A stretch of DNA of 64,000 nt from Dehalococcoidia bacterium (GTDB lineage: Bacteria > Chloroflexota > Dehalococcoidia > Plut-88900), in contig CBDBLV010000002.1 in the NCBI GenBank assembly GCA_965207225.1, positions 1 to 64,000 on the forward strand, given 5' to 3'. A program made the translations under genes and the position numbers. Of the stretch, positions 9,436-20,300 are shown piece after piece (the stretch's first letter is position 1; each line of letters begins with the position of its first letter). The notes beneath the pieces were generated by a model that was not told the origin of the DNA, searched no databases, and was given only the letters and a program-made list of their open reading frames with translations.

Positions 9436-10235
9436 TCGCGCTGGAACAGGCTCGCCAGCACCTGGAGACGCTGGGCCTCAAGCAGGCCGTCGAAGCCCTG
9501 GACAACTCCCTGGACGCTGCGGCCACCAAGAAACTGACCTACCCCGAGATGCTGGCAGAGCTACTCGGCGTGGAAGTGGCCGCCCGGAAGGAGCGGTACA
9601 TGTCCACCAGGACGAAGCTGGCTCACCTCCCCTTCCACCGGACCTTGGAGCAGTTCGACTTCTCGTTTCAGCCCTCCATCGACGAGCGACAGGTGCGGGA
9701 ACTGGCCGGCCTGTCCTTCGTCGCCGAAGCCACCAACCTGCTGCTCCTGGGACCGCCAGGTGTGGGCAAGACCCATCTGGCGGTGGCCCTAGCGCTCAAG
9801 GCCATCGAGAAGAGCCAGGGGGCCTACTTCGTCCGAGCCTACGACCTGATGGAGGACCTGAGGAAGGCCAGGGTGGAGAACAACCTCCAACGGCGCATGC
9901 GGGTCTACCTGTCGCCCAAGCTACTCATCGTGGACGAGTTCGGCATCTGGCCTTACGACCGGGACGCCTCCACCGCCTTCTTCACCCTGGTGTCGGCTCG
10001 CTATGAGCGGGGCAGCATCATCCTCACCTCCAACAAGGGCTTCGCCGAGTGGGGTGAGCTTCTGGGCGATACCGTCATCGCCTCGGCCATCCTGGACCGG
10101 CTGCTGCACCACAGCCACGTCCTCAACATCCGAGGCGAGAGCTACCGGCTTAAAGGCAAGAGGCAGGCCGGACTCTTCGCCTCCCATCAACTGCTATCGA
10201 CATCGCCTGAAGCCGCTAGCTCCGGCGACGTCTAA
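9432..10235 (+). CDS. istB: IS21 helper AAA+ ATPase
   Basis: Walker A GPPGVGKT, LLIVDEFG, SIILTSN, AILDRLLHH, GESYR; ATGA overlap with istA. Confidence 0.95.
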   Translation: MIALEQARQHLETLGLKQAVEALDNSLDAAATKKLTYPEMLAELLGVEVAARKERYMSTRTKLAHLPFHRTLEQFDFSFQPSIDERQVRELAGLSFVAEATNLLLLGPPGVGKTHLAVALALKAIEKSQGAYFVRAYDLMEDLRKARVENNLQRRMRVYLSPKLLIVDEFGIWPYDRDASTAFFTLVSARYERGSIILTSNKGFAEWGELLGDTVIASAILDRLLHHSHVLNIRGESYRLKGKRQAGLFASHQLLSTSPEAASSGDV

Positions 10236-10534
10236 ATCCCAGAGGCACTCTTGCTTGCCAGAAAGGAGGCGACTTAACGACAAGGTGGGTCAGTTCTAAC
10301 TTAGCGGAAAAGGGTCAAATCTAACTTAGCATTGACAATGTCAAGCGACTGCGATGAACTCTTCGCAGGCTGGCCGCTTCACGTCTCGCAGCTCTTCCCC
10401 ACTGACCGACTTCACCTTGGGCGAGCTGCGTCTTCTTTCACCCCGGTCTCCCATGCGTTTGCATCGCTGGCGGTCCGGGTGCGTCTTAGGAACGGAGTCA
10501 ACGGCACACAACATTGAGCAAGGAGGTAACGCAC

Positions 10535-11049
10535 ATGGACGAATCAAGGGCACAGGACAACGGAGAAGGAGGTACGAGCATGGCGGAGCAGTACGTCGGA
10601 CCCAGCGCGGCGCGGATCGCAGACCTGCTTCCGCATCGCGTGAGTTTCCACAACGGGTGGTTCTGGACCAGCACGGCGGTGTGCCACGGCGGGAAGTCCG
10701 ATGGGCTGGCGTTTCGGCAGAGGCCCGACGGCAACGGCATCGACGTACGGTGCCACACACGGGGCTGCGGTCGGGCGTGATGGTCACCGAGCTTGAGGCC
10801 CTCACCGGTCTGCCGATCTGGACGGCCTGCGAGCCGGTCAGGGACGCGGCGGTTGGGGCTGAGGCCAAGAAACCCTGGTGGAAGCGGAAGAAGGTCGTGG
10901 TGGCCGGGGTCGTCGCCCTGGTCGTCGCCGCGCCGCTGCTCACCCTCGACCTGGAGCTGTTCTTCCTGAACCTGTTCGGCCTGGGCATCGGCTGGCTGCT
11001 GCTCAGGCGGTTCATGCCCCGTCGTTCGGCGCGGAGGTTCCGTCGCTGA
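10535..11049 (+). pseudogene. Primase-type Zn-binding-like domain fused to C-terminal TM hairpin; 1-nt frameshift near 10777
   Basis: AAGGAGGT RBS. VCHGG...VRCHTRGC in one frame continues as VMVTELEALTG...VVVAGVVALVVAAPLL in another. Confidence 0.5.
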
Positions 11050-11178
11050 CGGCTTCGGGCTTCTCACAACCCATCACAACACGCAGGGGTCGCTCTCTCC
11101 GAGGGCGGCCCCTACTTCTTTGCCCGCAAGCGGGCGTAACGGATTCAAGGCAACACACAGGCACGAAGGAGGTGCGTA

Positions 11179-11685
11179 ATGACGACGGCAACGGCAGCAA
11201 TCGGCACTTGGACGATGGAGACCACAGAGACGATGCGGCCCAGGCGCAGCCTGGAGGAACTGGTGGACCGGGTGTTCGCGGCGATGGGATTCACGGGGGA
11301 GACGGAGACTCAGCCGGTTGAGCGGAGCGCAACCCGCTCCATCCACGAGGCGAGGCGGCTCAGGCAGGCCGGGGACATCGACAACGCGCTGGCAGTGCTG
11401 GGAGACGTGAACGTGGCTGGGGCCACGCCGAGGGAGGTCCGCTGGGCCTTCTCCGAGTGGAAGCAGATGGTCAGGCGGCGGTTCGAAGACCGGGGCGCCG
11501 TGCTCTACAGCCAGGGCACGGGCAGGGCCTCGGCGCTGGTTCCCCACGGCGACGGGACGCTGGAGGTGGCTGCGGTCCTGGGAATGCGCTGGCGGCCCGG
11601 CAAGGTCGTTTCGGGGCGCAGCCTCCGGGGCCTCCAGCCTCTCGTATCGAGTACGAGGCAGGCTCTAGCGAAGGCTTGCCCTTGA
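11179..11685 (+). CDS. Hypothetical protein (ICE-borne)
   Basis: Strong RBS AAGGAGGT, ATG, 168 aa with GC3-rich codons. Confidence 0.7.
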   Translation: MTTATAAIGTWTMETTETMRPRRSLEELVDRVFAAMGFTGETETQPVERSATRSIHEARRLRQAGDIDNALAVLGDVNVAGATPREVRWAFSEWKQMVRRRFEDRGAVLYSQGTGRASALVPHGDGTLEVAAVLGMRWRPGKVVSGRSLRGLQPLVSSTRQALAKACP

Positions 11686-12017
11686 TCCGGCTCTCCGCAC
11701 CCTCCTCGGTCGCATCGGCGGCGCGGTTGTTCTTGCAACCTGGGCGAGGACGCGCTGCCTTCTTACACCTGCTTGCTTGGGCCGAGTGCGCCGCTAGCTA
11801 GCTCTCCCCTCGTCCCGACTCTCCACATCGTTTGCCACGCCGGAGCCTGACCAGTACAGCGACACGGAGGACGCCGCAGCCGGCCATCGGCCACAACGAC
11901 AACACAAAACCCACGGAGACAGTCCCGGCCATTCGGGACAACCAATTCAGAGCGGGACTGTCTCCACCCCACGGGGGTGGTAGGCCGTCCCGCTTCTTCA
12001 TTGAAAGGAGAAGCGAC

Positions 12018-13175
12018 ATGACGACGGCAACCACGACGAGGACCAATCGGACCAAGGACACGGAAACCACGCCGGATGCGGCGGCGACCGCCGAGCGCAG
12101 GGGCAAGCCCGAGAGCGAGCTCAGGGCCGCCGCCAGGAAGCGCGGCCTCACCTTGAAGGAGCTTGCGGCCCTGATGGGCGTCAGCGCAAGCCACCTCTCC
12201 CAGGTCGGCACAGGCAAGAAGCCCTGGACCCCCAACCTGCGGGAGAAGGCGATGGCCGTGCTGGGAGAGGTCCCCGGACAGGGCATCGTCTACCGACAGA
12301 CCCGCGAGGTAGATGCAGAAAGTACCTTCATCCGGGAGCGCGCACGCGAGATAGGAATCACCATGCTGGAACTGTCCGACCGGTCGGGAGTGAGCTACGG
12401 CTACCTGACGCAGGTGGCAAGGGGACGCCGGAACATGGGACCCAAGGTGCAGGCCAGCATCGAGTCGGCGCTTGGGGTGGCGGCCAGGGTCGCCCCCGCA
12501 CAGTGCGCCAACCGCCAGGGCGACGTGATCGAGGGCGACGGCAGCAGCTTCATCAGGGAGACCGCCCGCGCCCTCGGACTAACCATGAGGGAGCTGGCCG
12601 AGAAGGTCGGCGTGTCCGCCGGGTACCTCAGCCAGGTGTCCAGAGGGCACCGTAGCATGGGGGTGAAGCTCCAGGCCAGGGTCGAGGCCATGCTTGGGGG
12701 ACGGGCGAAGGTCGCGTCCGCCCAGTGCCCCAACCTCGACCAACAGGCCGTCTGGGACCGGATGAAGGAGCTCGACGTCAGCCAGAACGAGGTGGCGCGT
12801 AGGGCGGGCATCAGCTCCGGTCACCTCTCCCAGATCATGAACGGCAGAAGCACCCCGTCAGCCGTGGTCCTCAGGAAGTTGCACGGGGCGCTGTTCCGGC
12901 GGGCGGAGGACTCGGAGCGGGTGATGCCCGCGGCCTTGAAGGTCCTGGGCTGGAAGAAGGGGGAGCGCAGCGGGATGGTGGTGCACGGCGCTCGCGGCAG
13001 GGACGGCACGGCCAGGGGCGGCGCGGTCCGCGTCGGCGGTCGCGTGCCCTGGGGAGCGGAGGTGGAGTACGCCTTCCGCGCCGGGTACGACGGCGCAGGG
13101 AAGGTGTCCGTGGACCACGTGGTCGCCCCGGGCTACGCCGCACTGCTGACACAGCCCCAGGCCGGAGCCGCGTAA
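12018..13175 (+). CDS. Protein with four tandem XRE/Cro-C1 HTH domains and a C-terminal beta-rich domain
   Basis: AAAGGAG RBS + ATG 12018. Four repeats of xRxxAxxxG(L/I)TxxELAxxxGVSxxxLSQVxxG. Confidence 0.85.
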   Translation: MTTATTTRTNRTKDTETTPDAAATAERRGKPESELRAAARKRGLTLKELAALMGVSASHLSQVGTGKKPWTPNLREKAMAVLGEVPGQGIVYRQTREVDAESTFIRERAREIGITMLELSDRSGVSYGYLTQVARGRRNMGPKVQASIESALGVAARVAPAQCANRQGDVIEGDGSSFIRETARALGLTMRELAEKVGVSAGYLSQVSRGHRSMGVKLQARVEAMLGGRAKVASAQCPNLDQQAVWDRMKELDVSQNEVARRAGISSGHLSQIMNGRSTPSAVVLRKLHGALFRRAEDSERVMPAALKVLGWKKGERSGMVVHGARGRDGTARGGAVRVGGRVPWGAEVEYAFRAGYDGAGKVSVDHVVAPGYAALLTQPQAGAA

Positions 13176-13266
13176 GGGAATCCGCAGCATGGACGGCCCA
13201 GACGGAGCCGCACACAAGACGAAGGCTTGCTGGCTGACGGAGCTTCGCACTCTCAAGCAGACATCC

Positions 13267-13369
13267 AGGACGTTTGCCGGAACCCAAGCCCCCGGTGGGG
13301 GCGTAGTGCGTCTTCTGTAGACCGCCCCAGGCGGGGCAGCGCAGCGCACTTGGGTTCCGGCGGCGTCCT
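13267..13369 (+). other. Branched stem-loop element in intergenic leader
   Basis: GCCGGAACCCAAG (13276-13288) pairs perfectly with CTTGGGTTCCGGC (13349-13361), extended by AGGACG/CGTCCT and enclosing two GC hairpins. Confidence 0.6.
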
Positions 13370-13399
13370 AGGGTCATCACAAATCAAGGGGACGACACC

Positions 13400-13610
13400 A
13401 TGAACCTCGGAGACTTCATGGACACCTATCGCGACGCCGTCGCCCAGCGGGTGGTGGCGTCCTACCCGCCGCTGTACCGGCCCCCGCATCAAGTGCGGGA
13501 CAGGCTCTCGGAGAACGGCGGCGAGTTGCCCCGCCTGCTCAGGAATCCCTGGGGGCGCAGGCCGACGCCATCAGGGGCGCGGCCCTCTCCCTACAGACCC
13601 ACCCGGTCAG
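13400..13610 (+). pseudogene. Truncated N-terminus of a probable ICE helicase (SNF2/DEAD-like)
   Basis: MNLGDFMDTYRDAVAQRVVASYPPLYRP...LPRLLR, frameshift to PLGAQADAIRGAALSLQTH, then coding signal is lost before any Walker A motif. Family assignment from recall. Confidence 0.4.
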
Positions 13611-13646
13611 CCGTACGCGGTGCAGTAAAAAGGCGACATGCCATGG

Positions 13647-14183
13647 TCAGCGTGATTGACGGATTCTTGCCCACAGCCGGAGCGTCCCGCCGACGCTAAC
13701 CGCCGCCAGCGTGGCCACGATCAGGCCCGTCTTCACCACGGTGAACACGGCGGCCAGCCAGGTCAGCGGAGAAGGCTCGCCGTCGTAGCTCAGGGCGAGC
13801 GCAGCGACGGTTGTATTCTCCAGCACATCCGCAAGGGCGAGGGCCAGCGGCAGCAGATACAGCGGCGCCCCGCCTCGAAAGAGCCGGAACAGCAGGACGG
13901 CGAACAGCAGGCCGTACGAGACCGGGAAGACCATGTCGACGGTGAGCGCGGCGGTCGCATAGACGACCCTTGCGCTGGCGTCGAGCCGGTCCAGAGCGTC
14001 GAAGAGGGCCGCCGCCTCTGCAGGTGTGTACCAGCCCCGACCGTCGAGCAAGTCCAGTCCTCCCAGCCGCGCCTGCCGCCAAGCGAGTCCCGCCACACAA
14101 CCGACGACGCCAATCAGGGCTGCGACCGTCATTCGCCAGGTTGCGAATCGCTCCACCATCCTGCCCATATGCAATGCCTTCAC
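13647..14183 (-). CDS. Hypothetical multi-TM membrane protein
   Basis: Four hydrophobic segments; LLDGRGWYTP, DMVFPVSY and ADVLEN motifs. Confidence 0.7.
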   Translation of the reverse strand: MKALHMGRMVERFATWRMTVAALIGVVGCVAGLAWRQARLGGLDLLDGRGWYTPAEAAALFDALDRLDASARVVYATAALTVDMVFPVSYGLLFAVLLFRLFRGGAPLYLLPLALALADVLENTTVAALALSYDGEPSPLTWLAAVFTVVKTGLIVATLAAVSVGGTLRLWARIRQSR

Positions 14184-14240
14184 CTCCGCTAAACCGGGTG
14201 CCTCCTCAGGACCTGCCCATCACCCGCCCCGTGGTGCAGA

Positions 14241-14280
14241 GCAAGGGGGCCTGGGCAGTGTTGCCGCAGGCCCCCCTTGC
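14241..14280 (-). terminator. Hairpin downstream of giant adhesin gene
   Basis: GCAAGGGGGCCTG ... CAGGCCCCCCTTGC inverted repeat. Confidence 0.55.
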
Positions 14281-14308
14281 ATCCTCTTGCCGGTCCGGCC
14301 GGGCCGGA

Positions 14309-17300
14309 CTAGTCGTCGTCCACGATGGTCATGGTTCCCACGGCGTCGGGCGGGTAGAGGGTCCCGGGCAGGTACGCCTCCACCGCGAAGTACTCGTCCG
14401 GCTCCTCATCGTCGTCGTACTCCAGCCACACCTCCGCCGTCAGCTCCGTCACCCCCGGCGCGAACACCAGCTCACCCTCCGTGTACTGATAGTCGGTCAT
14501 GTGCGCCCGGTCGTCCAGCAGGTGGTACGCAGGCGCGGTGTTCCATCTGATCCTGATCTCCTCGGTGGACGTCTCGGACAGCCGCACCCGGAACTCCAGC
14601 ACGTCGCCCTCAACCGCCGACGCGGCCTCGACGGTGACGGTTATCTCCACCTCCGGCGCGGCATCGTCGTTGTCGGCCACGCCGACCGTGGCCGCGCCCT
14701 GGGACGAGGACACCGTGTAGCCGCTGCCCGCGTTCACCGTCGCCGTCACCGACCCGTCGGTCTCGTCTGCGTCGTCGTCCGTGGTGCCGACGGTGAGGGT
14801 GACGCTGCCCGTGGTGGGTATCGTCACCGTGCGCCGGCCCGTGGTCGCGCCGTAGTCGCCGCTCTGCGACACCGTGACGCTCACCGCCAGGTTGGCCGCC
14901 GGGGCCGGGCTGGCCGTCACCGTGAAGACGGCGTCCCCGCCCTCGGTCACCCCGCTTCCAGCGGTGACGCTCACCACCGGCGTGGGGGCGTCGTCGTTGT
15001 CGGACACGCCGACCGTGGCCGCGCCCTGGGACGAGGACACCGTGTAGCCGCTGCCCGCGTTCACCGTTGCCGTCACCGACCCGTCGGTCTCGTCAGTAGT
15101 ATCGTCCGTGGTGCCGACGGTGAGGGTGACGCTGCCCGTGGTGGGTATCGTCACCGTGCGCCGGCCCGTGGTCGCGCCGTAGTCGCCGCTCTGGGACACC
15201 GTGACGCTCACCGCCAGGTTGGACGCCGGGGCCGGGCTGGCCGTCACCGTGAAGACGGCGTCCCCGCCCTCGGTCACCCCGCTGCCAGCGGTGACGCTCA
15301 CCACCGGCGTGGGGGCGTCGTCGTTGTCGGCCACGCCGACCGTGGCCGCGCCCTGGGACGAGGACACCGTGTAGCCGCTGCCCGCGTTCACCGTCGCGAT
15401 GACCGAGCCGTCGGTCTCGTCAGTAGTATCGTCCGTGGTGCCGACGGTGAGGGTGACGCTGCCCGTGGTCGGGACGGTCACCGTGCGCTGGCCTGTGGTC
15501 GCGCCGTAGTCGCCGCTCTGGGACACCGTGACGCTCACCGCCAGGCTGGACGCCGGGGCCGGGCTGGCCGTCACCGTGAAGCTGGCGGCACCGCCCTCGG
15601 TCACCCCGCTGCCCGCGGTGACGCTCACCACCGGCGTGGGGGCGTCGTCGTTGTCGGCCACGCCGACCGTGGCCGCGCCCTGGGACGAGGACACCGTGTA
15701 GCCGCTGCCCGCGTTCACCGTCGCGGTGACCGAGCCGTCGGTCTCGTCAGTAGTATCGTCGGTGGTGCCGACGGTGAGGGTGACGCTGCCCGAAGTCGGG
15801 ACGGTCACCGTGCGCTGGCCTGTGGTCGCGCCGTAGTCGCCGCTCTGCGACACCGTGACGCTCACGTCCAGGTTGGACGCCGGGGCCGGGCTGGCCGTCA
15901 CCGTGAAGACGGCGTCGCCGCCCTCGGTCACCCCGCTGCCAGCGGTGACGCTCACCACCGGCGTGGGGGCGTCGTCGTTGTCGGACACCGCCACCGTGGC
16001 CGCGCCCTGGGACGAGGACACCGTGTAGCCGCTGCCCGCGTTCACCGTGGCCGTCACCGAGCCGTCGGTCTCGTCGGTAGTATCGTCGGTGGTGCCCACG
16101 GTGATGGTGACGCTGCCCGTGGTGGGTATCGTCACCGTGCGCTGGCCCGTGGTCGCGCCGTAGTCGCCGCTCTGCGATACCGTGACGCTCACCGCCAGGT
16201 TGGCCGCCGGGGCCGGGCTGGCCGTCACCGTGAAGGTGGCGTCGCCGCCCTCGGTGATGCCGCTTCCAGCGGTGACGCTCACCTCAGGCGTGGGCGGCGG
16301 TGGCGTCTGCGCTGACGCCGCCTCCAGCGCCGTCAGCTCGGTCACCACCTCGTCCCACACCGGGCTGCTGTGCCGGTCCGCCATATCCTGGGCCTCGGAC
16401 GCCGTCATCGGGCCGCCCGTGACGCCGGCGCCGTCGTGCTCGCCGAAGGCCAGCAGCACCCGGTTCCAACGGTTCACGTGGGCCGTCCCGTGCTGCGTCT
16501 GCGACGCCAGCTCCCTGACCTTCGCGATCACGTCCGGGTCCACCGTGTAGCCCGTCTGCTCCTCAACGACCGGGTCGTCGTTGTCTGCGACGTCGGCCGT
16601 GGCCGCGCCCTGGGACGAGGACACCGTGTAGCCGCTGCCCGCGTTCACCGTGGCCGTCACCGACCCGTCGGTTTCGTCAGTAGTATCGTCCGTGGTGCCG
16701 ACGGTGATGGTGACGCTGCCCGTGGTGGGGACGGTCACCGTGCGCTGGCCCGTGGTCGCGCCGTAGTCGCCGCTCTGCGACACCGTGACGCTCACGTCGA
16801 GGTTGGCGGCGGGGGCGGGGTTTGCGCTGACGGTGAAGCTTGCGCTGCCGCCCTCGGTGATGCCGCCGCCCGCGCTGACGCTCACCACCGGCGTGGAGGC
16901 GGCGTCGTTGTCGGACACGGCCACCGTGGCCGCGCCCTGGGACGAGGACACCGTGTAGCCGCTGCCCGCGTTCACCGTCGCGGTGACCGAGCCGTCGGTC
17001 TCGTCGGCGTTATCGTCCGTGGTGCCCACGGTGAGGGTGACGCTGCCCGTGGTGGGTATCGTCACCGTGCGCTGGCCCGTGGCCGCGCCGTAGTCGCCGC
17101 TCTGGGACACCGTTACGCTCACGTCCAGGTTCGCGGTCGGGGCCGGGCTGGCCGTCACCGTGAAGACGGCGTCGCCGCCCTCGGTCACCCCGCTGCCAGC
17201 GGTGATACTCACCTCGGGCGTGGGCGGCGGCGGCGGCGTCTGCGCCGCGGCCGCTTCCAGGGCGGTCAGCTCGACGACCACCAGGTCCCAGACGGGGCTG

Positions 17301-20300
17301 CTGTGATTGTCGGCCATGTCCTGGGCCTCGGACGCCGTCATCGGGCCGCCGGTGACGCCGGTGCCGTCGTGCTCGCCGAAGGCCAGCAGCACCCGGTTCC
17401 AGCGGTTCACGTGGGCCGCGCCGTGCTGCGTCTGCGACGCCAGCTCCTTGACCCTGGCGATCGTTCCCTGGTTGACCGTGTAGCCGCCGTCGTCGTCGGA
17501 CACGACCACGACGGCCGTCCCCTGGGACGAGGACACCCGGTAGTCGAGGTTGGCGCTGGCGTCGACGGTGACCGTGACCGATCCGTCGGGCTCGTCCACC
17601 TCGTCGTTGGTGGTGGCCACCGTCAGCGCGGCGTAGCCCGCCGACGGGATGGTCACCGTCCGATGTTCCATGGATATCCCGGAGTCGTCGCTCTGCGACA
17701 CCGTGACGCTCACGTCCAGGTCCGCAGCCGGGGCCGGGTTGGCGCTGACCGTGAAGGTCGCGTCCCCGCCCTCGGTCACGTTGCCGTCGGCGGTCACGCT
17801 GATCAGCGGCACGGACGTGTTGGGCGCGGGCGTCTCGAAGTCCACCGTGAAGGTCTTCGGCGTCGCGCCGGCGGCCAGGGTCCGCACGGTGATCTTGTCC
17901 AGCTGGGTCGTCCCGTGAAGGACGGAGACCACGTAGTGCGACTTCGGCTTAAGGCCGGTGAGCTGGTGCTCGGTGGCGGTGGTCGTGACTTCCGTCAGGA
18001 CCGGGACGCCCGTGAAGCTCTCGTGCCAGACGACCAGGTAGGACGCGCCGTCCCCCTGCGGCTTCCAGGCGACGGTCGCCGTGGTGTCGGAGACGCGCTT
18101 GAGCTGCACCGGCGGCGGCGGCGGCAGGTCGTTGTTGGCGATATAGACCGAGGCGTAGCTCCTGAACCTGTTCAGCCGGTAGCCCTCGCCGAACTGCACC
18201 GTCGCGCCGAGCATCCCGTTGGAGCCCCAACCGGTGTCGTCGACGGTGGGGATGGTGAACGAGACGCTGCCGCCGGTGGGCACGTTGACCGTGCGCTCGC
18301 CCAGGTGCTGGGCGGCGACCACGGAGCCGGGGCCGGCCACGCCCACCCTGACGTCCAGCGGCGCGTCGGGCGCGGGGTTCACGGTGACCGTGTAGACCGC
18401 GTCCTCGCCCTCGGTGATGGTGCCGCCGGCGGCGCTGATCGACACCTCGGGCACACGCTCCACGATGACCGACGTGGGCTCCGCCTCCACCGGCGAGCCC
18501 GCCGCAAGCGTGGTGAAGCGAATCACCGGGCTGGCGGTGCTCAGCTGCGTCGCGCCGTGGTCGGCGTAGTAGACCACCGCCCGGTACTCGGTGTCCGGCT
18601 CCAGGTGGCGGATGTTCCAGGCCGGGTCGTTGGGCTCGGCCCCGAACCAGGCCTCGTCGGCCGGGACGCCGGGGAAGGGCGAGGTGGTGGACCAGTAGCG
18701 CACCTCGTAGCCCTCGGCGCCGACCACCTGAGGCCAGCTCAGGTCGATGCCCGTGTCGGACAGGTTGGCGTAGCTCAGGTCGCCCACGCGCTCCACCACC
18801 GGGTCCGGCAGGTCGCCCAGCAGCCGCTGGCAGCCCACGCAGGAGCCCAGCGTGCGGTGGAAGCTGAAGCTGTCGGTGCGCACCGTCTTCGGCGGCGTCT
18901 CCGTCGAGATCTGGTTGTCGCTGCGCTCGTACAGCTTGTAGCCCTCGACCTGGAAGGTCACGTTGCCGACCACGTTGGCGCCGACGTGGACGTCGACCTG
19001 GACCGGCGTGCGGCTGACCGTGACCGAGCCGGCGCTGACGGCAGAGTCAGTTCTGAAGGTGTGCAGGTGCGAGGCGGCGGGGCTGGTGAACCAGACCCGG
19101 TGGGACCGGAAGTACTCCGACGTGCCGCTCCGCAACAGCGGCTTGGCGAAGTCGGCGCTGATGGAGAAGCGCTTGTCCTGGTCCGCCGGCGGGTCGTTCT
19201 TCGTCCGCACCCAGAAGTAGTGCGCCTTGCGCCCCGTGTTCAGCGAGGCCGGGAAGGCCAGATTGAGCCCGCCGTCCTCGATGGACGTCCAGGTGGTCCC
19301 GTCGTCGATGGAGAACTCCAGGGTCTGCTCCCACTCGTCGTCGTCCCTGATGATGAGCGGCACCTGCACCTCGGGGTAGTCGAAGCCTCCCACCTGGTAC
19401 AGCACGCCATTTTCATAGAAGTTGTGGCCGACGGCGTGGGGCCGGTGGATCAGGAACGTCCCGTGGTCGAAGGCGTCGCTGTCCTGCCCCGCGGCGAGGC
19501 TCACCGGACGCCACTTGTTGGCGTCGCTCTCGTAGACGGACTGCGACGAGAAGGGGCAGCCGTCGTGCCGGTCCAGCAGCGGGCCGGCGGTGCTGCCGTA
19601 GCCGAAATGAATCCCATCCCGGCCAAGCCCTTCGACGATGGGGTCGCCCAGGTTGTAGGGGCTGCGGCTCCCGGTGTGGCACATCAGCCGGTCCCGGTCC
19701 GGTTTGCCCGGCCCGATGTAGCCCCCGAAGTGGCTGAGCGGCTCACCCACCTGGCTGGCGACGTAGAAGTGCCGGCGCTCGTGGGGGTCCACCGCCTGCC
19801 ACTGGTAGGTCACCGCCGGGCCGCCCTCGGTCAGCGTGATCGTCGGCGGCGGGTCGTGCCTGTTGTAGTTGGCGATCACCCAGCCCGTGTCGCAGTCGTT
19901 GCCCGACACCGTGCCCGCGCAGGTGCGGAACTGCACGAAGGCGTCGGCGGCCCCCAGGTTCAGGCCGATCTTGAGCGCCTCGGAGTGGGTGCTCCAGGAG
20001 ACGGCGGGGTTGGGGTAGAGCGACCAGGAACTGTGGCCGTCGCCGATGCTCCAGCCCTCGGGCAGGCGCAGGCCCCGCAGGCGCTCGGAGTTCGACGCGG
20101 TGGCGCGAAGGGTGTACGTGCTGTTGGGCTGCACGGACGCGTCGTATACGTACACCCAGTAGGTGGTGTTCGGCTCCAGCCGCAGCCCCGAACCGTCGTC
20201 GCCCTGGTAGGTGAAGGTGAAGGTCCGATCGGCGCTGCCCACCGGCATGGAGGGGCGCGCCAGGTCGGCCAGGACGTCGGCGGCGGTACTGCCCGGCGAG

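Larger units (their letters stand above)
8092..10337 (+). mobile_element. IS21-family insertion sequence with 4-bp target duplication ATGT
   Basis: TG...CA ends; IRL TGTTAGTGCTAACTCTAAACTGACCC vs IRR revcomp TGTCAATGCTAAGTTAGATTTGACCC; internal subterminal repeats; ATGT at 8088-8091 and 10338-10341. Confidence 0.93.

Noticed and set aside
14664-17220. Regular repeats as a CRISPR array
   Set aside because: 327-bp in-frame coding units with no unique spacers and no cas genes.
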